In this document: positions 1 to 12,488 of the stretch, piece after piece
Layout: every line of letters begins with the position of its first letter
How positions within the stretch are numbered: the first letter of the stretch is position 1
Source of the DNA: Camelus ferus
Lineage: Eukaryota
Assembly: GCF_009834535.1 (NCBI RefSeq)
Contig: NC_045697.1
Location: 16,370,001 to 16,434,000, forward strand
DNA: 64,000 bases
Direction of reading: 5' to 3'
Program-made: the position numbers and the translations under genes
The notes under the pieces: generated by a model
Told to the model about the DNA's origin: nothing
Databases searched by the model: none
The model's input: only the letters and a program-made list of their open reading frames with translations

Positions 1-829
1 GCTCAAAGACAGAAATTAAAGTAATCCATAATCCTACCAACCCACTACCCAGACTTAGTCACTGTTAATGTTTTTGAAGCACTTTCTTCCAGATTTTTTT
101 CATAACCTAAGTTATTTTCATAAAATCCACCATATCTTTGTGCTGTGCTGTACAACCTGATTTTTATCGGTGGAAGTATTCATGCATATAATTTATTTCA
201 CCAATCCCATATAGTTGACTATTACTATTTTTTTTAACTTTCACCAATATTATAATTCTTCATGAAAGGAAGATTGAAGTAAGCATGGGCAATCAAGATG
301 AGGAACCAGATCGATAGTCTCTATAGAAAGGATTACAAACGAACTTCATAAAATCTTCAACTAATAGCAATATATTTGAGATCAAGGTCCTTGCCCTATA
401 TTTTTGTACCTCTGCAATGAATACTACAGGCCAGGTGGCCATGGAGAAGCTGACCTACATTACTTAGAAACATCAGAAGGAAAATTACAGAATATGAAAT
501 GAACTGCTTAGCAGGCACAAAGCTAAACATCGTTAGGGATTAATGTGCCCCCTTGCTGAAAAAATGCCAAGGATTTTACTTTGAAATTAGAATAAAATCT
601 GTGTCTTAATAGGGGCAATAATAATATTATTATTAATAATGATGATGTAGGAACAGCTATTGAGGGCTTTTTATGTGTAAGACATTGTACTTTGTATGCA
701 TCAACCTACCTATTAGAACCTATAATTTTTCTCCTGGGGTGCTAGGAATTCTCTGTGTCCAGATCGTCTGTCTTTCAGGGTTAACATCACATGTTGCCAC
801 TCTTTACTGTAGACACTTTTTATTATGAG

Positions 830-1035
830 ATCCTGGCTTATCTTCTTCAAGGTACTTATCATAAATGCTGCCATTTCCTCCCTAATTTGTTTGCTTATTG
901 CCTACTTGCTTTACCAAAATGAAACCTCCATAAAGGCATGGACTTTACCAATTTTGCTTATTACCGTGTCCTCAGCACCTAGAACAATATCTGGTAACTA
1001 GCTGGTGATCTTGTTGAAAGAAAGAATGCATGGAG
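830..1035 (+). mobile_element. L2 LINE 3' end fragment
   Basis: Resembles the L2 3' terminus (…ttttgcttattaccgtgtcctcagcacctagaacaatatctgg…ttgttgaaagaaagaatg); diverged. Confidence 0.7.
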
Positions 1036-1289
1036 TAAAGGGCTTGCTGTCTGTCCTCAAAAACGTGACAGCCCAGTTAATTCTAGAACTACAAGAGTTG
1101 TATTCAGTAAATAGGTGTTTTTGAGAGTCTCTAAGAACTGTAGTTCTATGGAAGCAAAGGTGAGACGGAGTTCACACCCACCTGTGGGTGCTTAGAAAAG
1201 AACCCAGGCAGAGGCCATGATTCAGCAGGGCCTTGGACATATAAATTGCTTGAAAAAGTCTCTGACTTTGTCCCAGTTATTTAATCCCA

Positions 1290-2560
1290 GCCCCGGTGAT
1301 TCAAGAAATGAAAGCAAGCCCCTTCAAAGGGATAGCTAAGAAACCCCAGAGCCCTGATAAAAACGCATCAAATGAGATGATAACGCCCCGCATTGATCAC
1401 CTCAGAAAGCCTGACTGAAGATGTTTATCCTAATCCTCCAATCCGGACACTTCCTGAGATATGGTCGGGAGGGCTAATTACTCCAATACATAAAAACGGA
1501 AATGCTCTCAACCCAAACAGCCAGAGAGATCCACATGAGCAGCAACAGCAGTAAACCCTGGAGCTGCATCCTTGGTGAAAGAATAAAGCAATGTCGGACC
1601 AGTGACAGCAACATCCATAAAAGCCAAATTGGATTCCTCCCTTGAAAATGAGCCACAGACTTCATCTCTCCCCCGATTGCTGCATATTAACAAACGTGTA
1701 AAAAAAATTCAACCAGGAGAAGAGATTTTCCTTGCTTTATTAGACTTTAAAATCGCCCTGGACTCAATCTGGCACCAGAAGTGAATCCACAACGGCTACA
1801 AAGGGAATGGACAGAAAAACAAATGACGTAGTTAAGTTTCCATATCAATCCATCAACTGAAGGATGGAAATGAGCAGAAATGGATGTCTTCAAGCGGGAA
1901 AGTGAGACAAGGACTCACATTTCATAGCTTAATAGAGACTAGGATGAGTTACTCCCAGGGCCGGAGCTGTGCCTGAGCTCAGGGCCTCTGATAAACCAAA
2001 GAGCCACTGCCTCTTGAGACGGCACACCGGGCTGGATTTCTCTGCGGCATTTAGATCATTCATGTGGGGACTAAAAGAAAGAGGTTAGTCACACATTAGC
2101 GACCAAACTCTCTAGATCCATCTGCATAGCAGGTATTAGGCTGTTTTATTGATGATGGTCTGATAGAGTCATGATTGATAATAACATACAATATGGAAAA
2201 CAATGTGCCTAGTTGATCATTCAAATGTGAATGACAAGGAATACAAGATTGCACTGTACTTCATTCAATTTTTTCCTGTTACCAGAAATATATGGCATCA
2301 TGCTAGCTCTGAAAGGGCATACAATCTTTTAGAAAAGAAGACTATAGATGTGAAAATTTTTCTTAATAATCTTCTTAATCTTCTTAACAAACCAATCCTT
2401 GATGTTTCTGTGGAATTCCTCCAACATCTTTCTCCAAACCAAGAATAGCACTGGAGCATACAAAGTAGCCTAATTCACTTGAACCTGATAGAATAGCACT
2501 GACATATCTTAGCTTAAATTCAAAGTTGCACAAAACCTGCAAGGAACTATGACGTCACTG
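1290..2560 (+). mobile_element. Ancient non-LTR retrotransposon ORF2/reverse transcriptase fossil, RTE-X-like (mammalian L4/L5 class); frameshifted with stops
   Basis: Manual translation across frameshifts gives colinear RT motifs: PDKNASNEMI, LKMFILILQSGHF, PEIWSGGLITPIHKNGNALNPNSQR, SSNSSKPWSCILGERI, KSQIGFLP, IFLALLDFKIALDSIWHQK, VRQG (1902-1913), and downstream KPIL…NQE*HW. Confidence 0.8.
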
Positions 2561-2589
2561 GTGTGTCAAAGATTAGACCACAGATACTT

Positions 2590-2650
2590 TTTTTTTTTTC
2601 ATTTTTTTAAAAATTGAAGTGTAGTCAGTTTACGATGTTGCGTCAGTTTG
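2590..2650 (-). mobile_element. Severely 5'-truncated L1 3' end (~60 bp) with target-site duplication
   Basis: Poly-T tail plus aattgaagtgtagtcagtttacgatgttgcgtcagttt, the same terminus as the other young L1 ends here. Flanked by gaccacagatactt (2576-2589) and gaccacaggttctt (2651-2664). Confidence 0.75.
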
Positions 2651-2939
2651 GACCACAGGTTCTTATTTATGTCCCTTAATGCCTTGTAATTTAAATAAGG
2701 GTTTTTAAAAAGCTGGATTCAATTATAACGACGGTCCCATAGTCACAATGTATAATTAATATGTTTCTAGCTACCTTGTACTTTTCCTTCCTGGATAAAT
2801 GTTTTCATGGAGGCAATTTTTTTTCTATATAGCTCTGATTTGTTTTTAATGACCACTTATATTTCAGCCTATACGCATTTACCTCAGTGTGCTTCCAATG
2901 ACATCTAAGAGGAAACACTGCAGAAGCAACGTGAATTCA

Positions 2940-3710
2940 ATTAAAAAAAAAGTGAGCTCCTACTATCTGCTGGGTACTGCAAGGAATAAGTAGGCAAGTT
3001 TCCTGTTCTCATGGAAGTGATGTTCTAGTAGGGGAGAGCCAGAAATCAAACAATTAAATACGTAAATAAACAAGAAGAGCTTCACACAGTGATAAGTGCT
3101 TGGTTCAAACACAGAACATGTGGCTTGTTAGAAAACGATCAGATGGCTGTTTTTTTATGAATGGTCAAAGGAGACTCCTCTAAGAAGTTGACATTAAGAT
3201 CTGAATTGTCCAGTGGATTAAGCCATCTTCAGAGGAAGGATAAGAGCATTTAAGGCTGAGGGAAGTCAGGTATAAAGACCAAAAGGAGGGCTAGACTTGG
3301 ATTCTTGTAGAAAAGAAAAAAAATCAAGTAAGAGAAGGGAAAATGGTGTGAGAGAGAGTTAAGGATTTAGACAGAGACTTAAACAGGGATCATTCAGGGC
3401 TTTGTTCATCTGAGCAAGGGGACAGGATTATAATCCAAGGAAGAGAAGCCACTGGAGAATTTTACACAGAGAAATTACATAATCTGATTCATAATTGTAA
3501 AGAATCACTCTGGCTTCTATGTCAAGGACACACAGCATGGAGGCAGATGTAGAAGGCACCAACTGCAAGGGTCCAAAAGAGAGATGATAGATGATAACAA
3601 TCCAAATTGGACTAGGGTGAAATGGGGAAGTTGGTGATGAGGATCATATCTAGAATATATCCCAGATATATTCTAGAGGTAGAATACAGGAATTATTGAT
3701 GGCTTCATAT
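2940..3710 (-). mobile_element. L2 LINE fragment
   Basis: Reverse-orientation L2 3' region (gagctcctactatctgctgggtactg…cctgttctcatggaagtgatgttctagtagggg…aagaatcactctggct). Confidence 0.75.
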
Positions 3711-5084
3711 TACCTAGAAAAATTGAAAATATCTTAAATGTTAAGTCAAATTTTATATGTGATAAATAAGGATTCAACTTTTGCAGACCTATCTAAATTG
3801 AACTAGTACAGAGAGAAGTGTGTATGAACAAAAACATTCATCATTCTCAAGGTAAAAAAAAAAAAGAACTGGGAAACCCAATGAGGAATTCTCAAATATC
3901 CATCAATATGAAACAACTTCGACAAATAGTGGGCAAAATATTTTACAGGTATTATTACTGATGGTGCGAATTTGTACTTATTAACATAAAGGTATGTCTG
4001 TGGCATATTGTTAGATGAAAAAGTAAATTAAATAGCAGTATATATTCTGTTAAAAGAAAAAAATATATATTTACATACACATGCAATATGTGCATAGAAA
4101 AACATGGAAAGAAATACACAAAACCATTTCTATTGGCCCCTTTTTAATGAGTACATATTACATTTATCATCTAAAAATAGCAACAATATATTTATAGTGT
4201 ATTTCCATTGGGGGGAAATGGATATTCAGTACCTACATTTTTACCTTCACTAGCCATGTCTTTGTTTAAACTATTTGTGCAAACTTTTGAATATTTAGGT
4301 GCGAGTTCTTTGTCAAGTTAGGTTTTCCTAACTGCCATGTGTCTGCTAAGTAGTTAATAATTTATCAATTTACAACAACGCCCTCACAAGCAGACTTTAA
4401 ATACAGAGTACCAACCAAACACCCTCTGACAAGACTCTTTAGTGATATTTAATGGTAGGAAATGAGCTCTACACTTTCATCTCTTTGGTATAACATCTTG
4501 TATTGTCATCAATGGAGTTTTTTCACAAAACAGGGGCACCAAAAATTATAATCTGTGGACACTTGCACTTTGGTCCAGCAGCTTAAACCATAACTAATTG
4601 TTTCTCCAACATTGTCAAATCACACTAAAAGGTCAGATCACACAGAAATAGACAGAAGAGTACACCTTTTAGCTATTTTAATTACAAAATAAAAATATTC
4701 CTGATACTTTACAAAAGTTCTTGTAATTATTTACTATGTGATTGCAAATCATTTTCTTAGATGCCTTTCATTGATTCATTATTACATATTTTCCTATCTT
4801 CCCTTCATCTTTTTACTCCTTCTTTACTGCTTCCTTCTTTCTTTCCGTCTTTATTAATTGTATTCAAACTTTTATTTATCGATTCGGTAGTTATTGAGTC
4901 CTATAATACACCAGATATTGCTAAATGCCTATGATATGAAATGAGTATGACAAAAATGATTTTTCAAGGGACCTAGAGCCTGCCTAATGGAAAGACAGAA
5001 ACATAAAGATGTAAAAACAACCATAGTGATGGTGTGATTTTTAATGTTGACAATGTTGATTTTTTAAAAAGAAAAAATAGGAAT

Positions 5085-6075
5085 ATTTTATTTTATTTTA
5101 TTTTTAATTGAATGGAAGATTCTTTAAATTCTATACAATAGCACATTAAAATTTTCAAAAGTTTCACATACTTGATTTCATATAATCCCGTAATAGCCCT
5201 CTCCCCTTACCTCTATGTTGCCCTCCCCTCTTCCCACCTCCCACAGGTAACCACTAGTTCATTCTCTGTATCTGTGAGTCTGATTCTTTTTTGTTTTATT
5301 CAATAGTTTGTTGTATTTTTTAGATTCCACATAGAAGTGGTATCATACAGTGTTTGTTATTCTCTGTCTAACTTATTTCACTTAGCATAATGCTCTCCAA
5401 GTCCATCCATGTCACTGCAAATAGCAAAATTTGCTTCCATATCCTGGCAATTGTAAATAATGTTGCTCTGAACATTGGAGTGCATGTATCTTTTCGAATT
5501 AGTGTTTTTTTGTTTTTTGAATACGTACCCAGGAGTGGAATTGCTGGGTTATATGGTAGTTCTATATTTAGTTTTTTGAGAAATCTCCGTACTGTTTTCC
5601 ACAGTGGCTGCACTAATTTACATTCCCACCAACAGTGTTCGAGTGTTCCCTTTTCTCCACATCCTCGCCAACATTTGTTATTTGTGTTCATTTTGATGAT
5701 AGTCATTCTGACAGGTGTGTAGTGGTATCTCATTGTGGTTTAGAAATTTGCATTTCCCTAATGATTAGTGATGTTGAACATCTTTTCATGTGCCTATTGG
5801 CCATCTGCATTTCCTCTTTGGAAAAATGTCTATTTAGTTCTTCTGCTCATTTTAAAATCAGGCTGTTTGTTTGTTTGATGTTGAATTTTATTAGCTGTTT
5901 ATGTATATTGGACATTAACCCCTTATCAGTCATATAATTTGCAAATATCTTCTCCCATTCAGTAGTTTGTCTTTTTATTTTGTTGGTGGTTTCCTTTGCT
6001 GTGCAAACACTTTTAAGTTTGATTAGGTCCCATTTATTTATTTTTGCTTTTGTTTCCTTTGCCTTAGGAGATGGA
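5085..6075 (-). mobile_element. L1 3' fragment (ORF2 C-terminus + 3' UTR), with internal deletion
   Basis: ORFs 5368-5733 (RYHYTPVRM…[29 protein letters not shown]…) and the end of 5847-6356 ([14 protein letters not shown]…EWEKIFANY) are the L1 ORF2 C-terminal cysteine-rich region. (TTTTA)n tail at ~5085-5106. Confidence 0.95.
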
Positions 6076-7191
6076 TGAAGAATAATTTTCTTCCGTGGAC
6101 CTGCATCTTTAGAACTATGGTCAGTATGCCTTGGATTAAGGAAAGTTGGTACAAAAATTTGGGAAGCTCTTTTGGGATGGAGCCTGCTTGATATCTGAAA
6201 GGTTGAATGGACATCATCCAGGCAGAGGTGTGGCATGGAGCAGGGACAGGAGAGGAAGGGATCATTAATATAGAGCAGCAGACCCAGCAAAGGTAGAGGA
6301 CTGAGGAATAACCTGACACCTTCAGAGATTACTTGCACACAGAACAGCCGAAGCAAAGTGAAGATTAAAAGATTGGTGGGATGAAGCTAAAGAGAGTGTT
6401 AGAAGTAATTCCCAAGGCTAGGCGGGGTTTCTCTGAAACATATGAGGATCTCAGTTTCTTCTCATAAGTCCTGCCGCCCCATGTCAGGGTGCTCCAAGCT
6501 ACCTCGTTGCTGCTGCTCTCATAACTGGAGAGTGAGTCACAAAGCCTTGTAACTGGGTAGTCAGATATTCAGGTTTATCAATCAATATTGCAGAAGCCTT
6601 TGGTACCAGGAGATTTATAGAATGGTACCTGAAGCTTATTTCTCTCAAGGCCTTAGTCTCAGGCTCAGACTCAGACAAGAGGACACTGCCCTGGACCCCA
6701 ACTTTTAGGAGACTTCTTCTCTGGTTTTCCTTTGGTCACACTCCATTTGTGTAGTGAGGTATCCACAGGACCTAAAGAATATGACTACATGGGGGTCCAT
6801 GTATCAGCATCCATCCTCAAAAAAATCATAGGGACCTCTAATCCTGAAATTTCCTTCCCAAGAGGTACCAAATCCTTGTTTCAGGGTACACATGTGTGGT
6901 TCCTAAGAGGTGTCCAAGAGGCAGCCATTTGAAAGAGAGGGGGCTGGATAAGGTCAATGTAGATAAAGCTTAGAGATATATCTGAGTTGTCAGTATGTAA
7001 GCATCACTACCTGTATACGATGGAGCTAGGTTAGGAAAAGAAAGGGCAGATTGTATCTGAAACAGAAAGGTGTTACCAGAGGCCAGTGATGAATTCTGGT
7101 ACAGAATTCAAAGGCATCCATGACCTATACATTTGAACCTGAACTTAGAGGTTATTATGCAGGTGTGTCCATTAAAGAAGGAAGATAGTTT

Positions 7192-7372
7192 CAGTGGTGC
7201 ACTAGAGCTAGCGCATAAAGTCTTGAGAGTGCTGATTATTCACATCACTTCCCAATCCCACGTTCACTGGTTGCTTGAAACTAGCCATAGGAAAACAGTT
7301 TACAACATAGAAATCTACAAGTGTTACAAATCAGCATGCCCACTCTTCTTCAGAGTCCCAGTTGTTTTAAAG
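7192..7372 (+). mobile_element. MER63A-like hAT (Blackjack) MITE
   Basis: cagtggtgcactagagctagc…cacttcccaatcccacgttcactggttgcttgaaactagccat…tacaaatcagc resembles the MER63A consensus as recalled. Confidence 0.7.
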
Positions 7373-7974
7373 TACGCTTTATTTAATGGCTTGTGATTTT
7401 AATGAATAACTTTTGAACTTTTTTTACGTGGGATATGTAGCGCTCTATTTATACTCTGCAAATGTTAGGAGTACAATTGCCCAAGGCTAGGTTGGGTTGT
7501 GGCATAGCCACTTAAATTCACTAGGACACGTATGATCCTCTCCCACTAGCCAAAAAAGAGTGAATATTCTCTTCTGGTCTATTCAGTGGTCACAAATCAA
7601 TAATAATACGCACACTCCTTTTCTTCTATATCTGTGTGAACTGAGAGGCTGAATGATCACATTTTGTCTTTATGGGTTTAGACTCCTTATCCTTTTGAGA
7701 AATGAACAAGAAGGTGACCTTTTGAACTCTCTGGAGCTGAGAGGTAACAGGGCCAGGTTGTAGGGCTTTAAGGCATATCGTACACCATGGTAAGGAACTT
7801 GTTTTGTAGGAAGCATTCTGGAAGTCTCCATAATATAGTTTTGACATCTCCCAGGCCATCGTATATGACTCATATTTCTATTTTGGGCTCTAGGAAAGGT
7901 GTTTTTCGTTTTTTGTTGTTTTACTAATATCTTGAAATACAAGTCTAACTAAATCTAGGATGAACTGCCTAAAG

Positions 7975-8165
7975 CTGGTTTTCCATATTTAAAAAGTGTA
8001 TTTAAAATGCCTGGGAAAATGATTTAAAAATGATGATTCTCCTCTTTGAGTCCTAGAGATTCTGACTCAGCAGATATGTATCGAGTGAGGTCCAGAAATA
8101 TGAATTTTTAATAAATGTCCCAGTTGTTTCTGATGAACATGGTCTATGGATAGTATTGGTAATTT
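7975..8165. mobile_element. MER5-like hAT-Charlie MITE (degenerate)
   Basis: agagattctgactcagcag…gaatttttaataaatgtcccagttgtttctgatg is the typical MER5A/B core. Confidence 0.55.
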
Positions 8166-8243
8166 CTCTCAGTTTTTTTGGTATCATAAAAATGAACTGA
8201 CCTTAATGGGTAGATTTTGGGCCACTCACATAGATCCTACAGG

Positions 8244-8589
8244 TGTTATGGACTGAGTTGTATCCCCCCCAAATTCATATGTTGAGGGTTTAACTCCCAA
8301 TGTGACTGTGTTTGAAGATTACCTGTAAAGAGATAATTAAGCTGAAATGAAGTGTCCTTATAAAAAGAGGAGATGCCAGGAGTGCATCTGCACACAGGGA
8401 AAGGCCACGCGAGGACACAGTGGGAAAGTGGCGTCTGCAAGCCCGGAAGAGAGGTCTCATCAGAAACCAACCCTGTCAGAACCTTGTTCTTGAGCTTTCA
8501 GGCTCCAGAGCTGTGAGAAAGCAGATTTCTGTCGTTTAAGGCACTCGATCTGTGGTGTTCTGGATGGCAGTCTGAGCAGACTAATAACA
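8244..8589 (+). mobile_element. ERVL-MaLR solo LTR (MLT1B/MLT1A-like)
   Basis: TG…CA ends (tgttatggactgagttgtatccccccc…gcagactaataaca); internal MLT1 motifs (ccttataaaagagg, ccagagctgtgagaaa). Confidence 0.9.
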
Positions 8590-10464
8590 CAGGCTGAAAT
8601 ATTTTCAAAAGAAATGGCAAGTGGCAGGTGAAGTCAATGTGATGGTCTTTAGCATGATGAAAATATTTCTCCTGGAAGTTGTACTCCATCATGGAAAGAG
8701 GACTTGTGCTAAATTTATCAGGCTCTGACGAGAGGACCATTCACATTGGACAAAGCAAACACTCTGACTTTGAAGGTTCTCGTATGGGCATTTCCAAGGA
8801 CTGACTCTCTAACTCGTTTTTCTTTGCTTCCATGGATGACTCATTCTTCCTTTGGCAAAGTCATTCATTTCTTAGTTTTGTTTTTTTTTAATATAATCAA
8901 AAAATTACAGTTTGGTCTTATGGACCAGAGACCCTCTGTATTTTTCTAAGCTGACTTGGCATGTCTCAATTCAAATACATTCTGTGTTAGTTACATAGTC
9001 AATTTGCGGAGAAAGTGTTTATCTCTGCCTGTGTGTGCATTAGACAGTCAGGAAATCAGGGTGGGGACAGGGGGTGTGGGCTTCCATAGGAGATCGAGGG
9101 AAAAACGGAAATAAGTGATGCAGCAAACCCTCTTTCTTAGAAGAATTGGCCACAGATTTTTTTAAAAGTATTTTCTTAATAGGCAGAACAGTTGATTAAG
9201 TGGGAAACTTCGCCTCATGACCACAATGGATAATTGAGTGTTTATGCTGATTAAAATAGATGTACTGGCATCTATTTGATGCCATTCAATGTCGTCTTCT
9301 ACTGAGTTCAGATTATTTTTTTCCCTAGTCACTTTTCAATTGTAAGTATCTATTATAAATAAGTTAGTTTTAAATAAGCTATTTCTAAAAGCCAGAGGAA
9401 GTATATTTTTCACATTTCTTTTTATTTGCTGTGGTAAAAAAGGAAACCTCTGTCTCAGTCACTGTGATTATTAAGTCATTTCTCCACAGGTTTCCAGGGA
9501 CCCTCTGCTAACTAATTTCCATTTTCAGTTGCTGATGACTATGTTCATTCAACTAGAGTGATGGAGTTTCTTTTCATTGGTTTTAAAATAGGGTCTTTTA
9601 TGGAAGGTTTCTGCATATCACTGTGGAAGGTGCAGTATGCCATTTGTTTTTGTTAAAAGTTTCATTCAGTTCATACATGACTGAAGACGCCTGGGTGGTG
9701 AGTTCTGCCCTGAATTCCCTGAGTTTATTACCAAAGAAATGTAGTCTTCAAGTATCCCACAGAGGGGAGAGAAATAATATTTATTGTTAATAATTTTCAT
9801 TCCTCCATACCCAGTACTTTGCACAAGATACTTTATAATATTATTCCCGTTTTCCGGGTGAATAAACTGAGGATCAAAAAGGTGAAGTGTGTCAGCTTGG
9901 GTGTAGAATGGCATGAAGAGAACTGTACCAGCTTCCTCCATCAGGAAATGGAGATACCAGGTTTTCATCCCAGATCCATTTGACGTAAATCCAAGGTGAC
10001 CCGTTAGTTCTGGTTTCCCCAGGGCTTTCCATTTTAGCACTGAGTGTCCTCATCCTGTCAGTCCTGAGTGATCTAGGACCATTGGTCACCTTACCAAATC
10101 CTAAGCTCTTCTCACAGTACCACATTGTTGGTTCATGCCATGACTTTATCGATAGATTTGCTAAATCACATATCTTAAAAGGAAATATTAGTATGAAGTG
10201 GGTACTATTTTCAAAATATTAACCAAAGTTTTTCTCCCCTATGTTTGCTCATACACAATGGCCTTTTTCTCACAATCAGTCAGCTAGGACCTTCTATGCT
10301 CTCGGATTTCAAGGTAGAATGTTCAACAGGGAATAGGAGTTGTTTACTGGTCTATTTCAAGTTTAGATCCTTTAAAGAGTGGGAAAGTCTTTAATAAGGA
10401 CAATAAATTTGGTAATCTATATGATGACAAATAAATAAGAGCTTAATCCCTGAACATGATGATG

Positions 10465-10705
10465 ATGATGATGATGGCTAAAATACGTTGGATATATGCT
10501 ATATTGAAAACACTTTTCTAAGTGTTTTACAAATGTTGTCTTACACTTTTCATACAAATTGTTTACTCCTTATTTTACAGATGAGGAAACTAAGGCACAG
10601 AGAGACTAAGAAAAGTTTCTAAGTTCAAACATACAGTAAGTGATATCAAACATTCAGCTTCAGGCAATCTGGCTCTAGACCCTGTGCTCTTAAGCTCTGT
10701 GCCCT
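10465..10705 (-). mobile_element. MIR SINE
   Basis: MIR core ttattttacagatgaggaaactaaggcacagagag…caatctggctctagaccctgtgctcttaa. Confidence 0.85.
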
Positions 10706-10994
10706 GTGGAATAGAAAGTGATAACATTGGTTGTAGACCAAGAGGGTCAATTGGAAGGGAAGGAATGAGGAATTAGATGGCAGTTGGTCCTTGAGAAGAG
10801 GCTCAATAACTACTCAATCTTTGAGGGGTTGAGTCTTGGGGAGAACAGATAAGAAAATCAAGATGTATTCTGAAGGAATCTAGAAAAAGGAGTGGATTTG
10901 TGTTCCATTTCCAAGTAGACTCAAGATAGGGCAGGATCCCAGAGTAGAAATCACCTTGCGGTTAGTGTAAGAGTTTATTCCTGAGATAACAGGG

Positions 10995-11425
10995 ATCAAT
11001 TAGGATTTGGTTCATCTATACATAACAAAAATCCAAAATAAGAGAGCTTCAAACAAATAGAGGGTTTTTGTTTTTATTTTTGTTCTTCTCAAGTCCAGTT
11101 ATAGTAACTGGATAATCATCAGGCAACAAGTTTCTTTATCATCATCTTTATCATATTTCTTATGCTCTGAAATGACTGCATGAGCCATTACATTTATATT
11201 TAAAGGCAGGAAGGAGGTACAAAAGAAGAGCAAAAGAACACACCTCCTTTCAAAGTCCCATCCAGCAATGTTCACTTCTCTCTCAACTGGCCACAATTTA
11301 TTCACACTGCCATATTTGATTGCAAGGACACAAACGAGTCTAATCTTTTATTAAACACAACCAAAATCCAAGTTCTTGCACTAAGGAGAGAATAGATACT
11401 GTGTATGAACTGTCAGTTGCAACCA
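10995..11425 (-). mobile_element. Old MaLR LTR (MLT1J/K/L-like)
   Basis: tcaattaggatttggttcatctatacataacaaaaatccaaaat…aaacaaatagagggttt…ggcaggaagg…tcaactggccacaa resembles old MLT1 LTRs; subfamily uncertain. Confidence 0.5.
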
Positions 11426-12102
11426 GTAATCCCATATGGTTGCAATGGACAAAACCAGTGATTAAAGGAAGCAAGTGGCCCAAGAGTAGCAGAAGAAGTG
11501 AAGGGGCTCATGGTTCCCAAGAAACAGCACACTCCAGTCATATTGGAGGGATTCCTGAATGCCAGATGATCCAAAATTAGCTAAATATTATCTAAAAATA
11601 GATATTCAGACCCAGAAGGCCAGAAGGTCAAGAGAGAGGTACGGCATAGCAGCAGTATTCATGACAGTTGAAAATAAACACATTGAGAAATGACCTCCCC
11701 TGATATGTGATACTGTATAAGCAAATACCTCTTAAATCCCTGAGAACTTGACACAATTCTAGGGAAAGGATACAGGGGCCCCAGCTGGGCTGAAATTCAA
11801 CTTATTCCACCACAACAAAGTGGTATGGAGAGATTAATTTCACTTTAAGGATGAAGTTACATTTCTTTCACATCTAAAATTATAGACCAAGATTCATAGA
11901 AATTACACATGTAAATGAAAAAAGGGATGTGTCATTACATGTTAGTAACAAGATTGTGCTTAGAGCCAAATGAATATTTCTGGTACCCTTTGATACCATT
12001 TGATTATATCCCAGCCTCTTCAGACCCTGTGTAGCTCGAGGTATTTTGGCACATAAATAAGCAATTTTATTATGAGTTAGAATGCATGTCTTCGAATTCA
12101 AC

Positions 12103-12488
12103 TGTGCTAGTTTGCTGGGGCTGTTATGACAAAGCACCACAGGCTGGCGGCTTAAACAATGTAAGTTTGTTTTCTCACAGTTCTGGAGACCAGACATCTG
12201 AGAGCAAGTGTGGGAAGGTTGGTTCCTTCTGAGGCTGTTCGCCTTAGCTTGTAGTTGGTCACCTTCTCCCTGTGTCTTCACTTACTCCTCTTTCTGGGTA
12301 CATCTGTGTCCTGATCCCCTCTTCTTATAAGAACGTTGATCATATTGGATTAGGACCACTCTAATGAACTGTTTTTGACTTAGTTGCCTCTTTGAAGACC
12401 CAATATTCAAATATGGTCCCATTCTGAGGTCCTGGGTGTTAGTACTTCAACATATAAATTTGAAGGGGACACAATTAAGCTCTTAATA
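12103..12488 (-). mobile_element. ERVL-MaLR solo LTR (MLT1B-like) with 5-bp TSD
   Basis: tgtgctagtttgctggggctgttatgacaaagcaccacaggctggcggcttaaacaa…ggggacacaattaagctcttaata; perfect 5-bp TSD tcaac at 12098-12102 and 12489-12493. Confidence 0.92.

Noticed and set aside
5368..6356. ORFs of 100-169 aa as host genes
   Set aside because: They are L1 ORF2 C-terminal remnants or their antisense frames, partly fused to flanking sequence.
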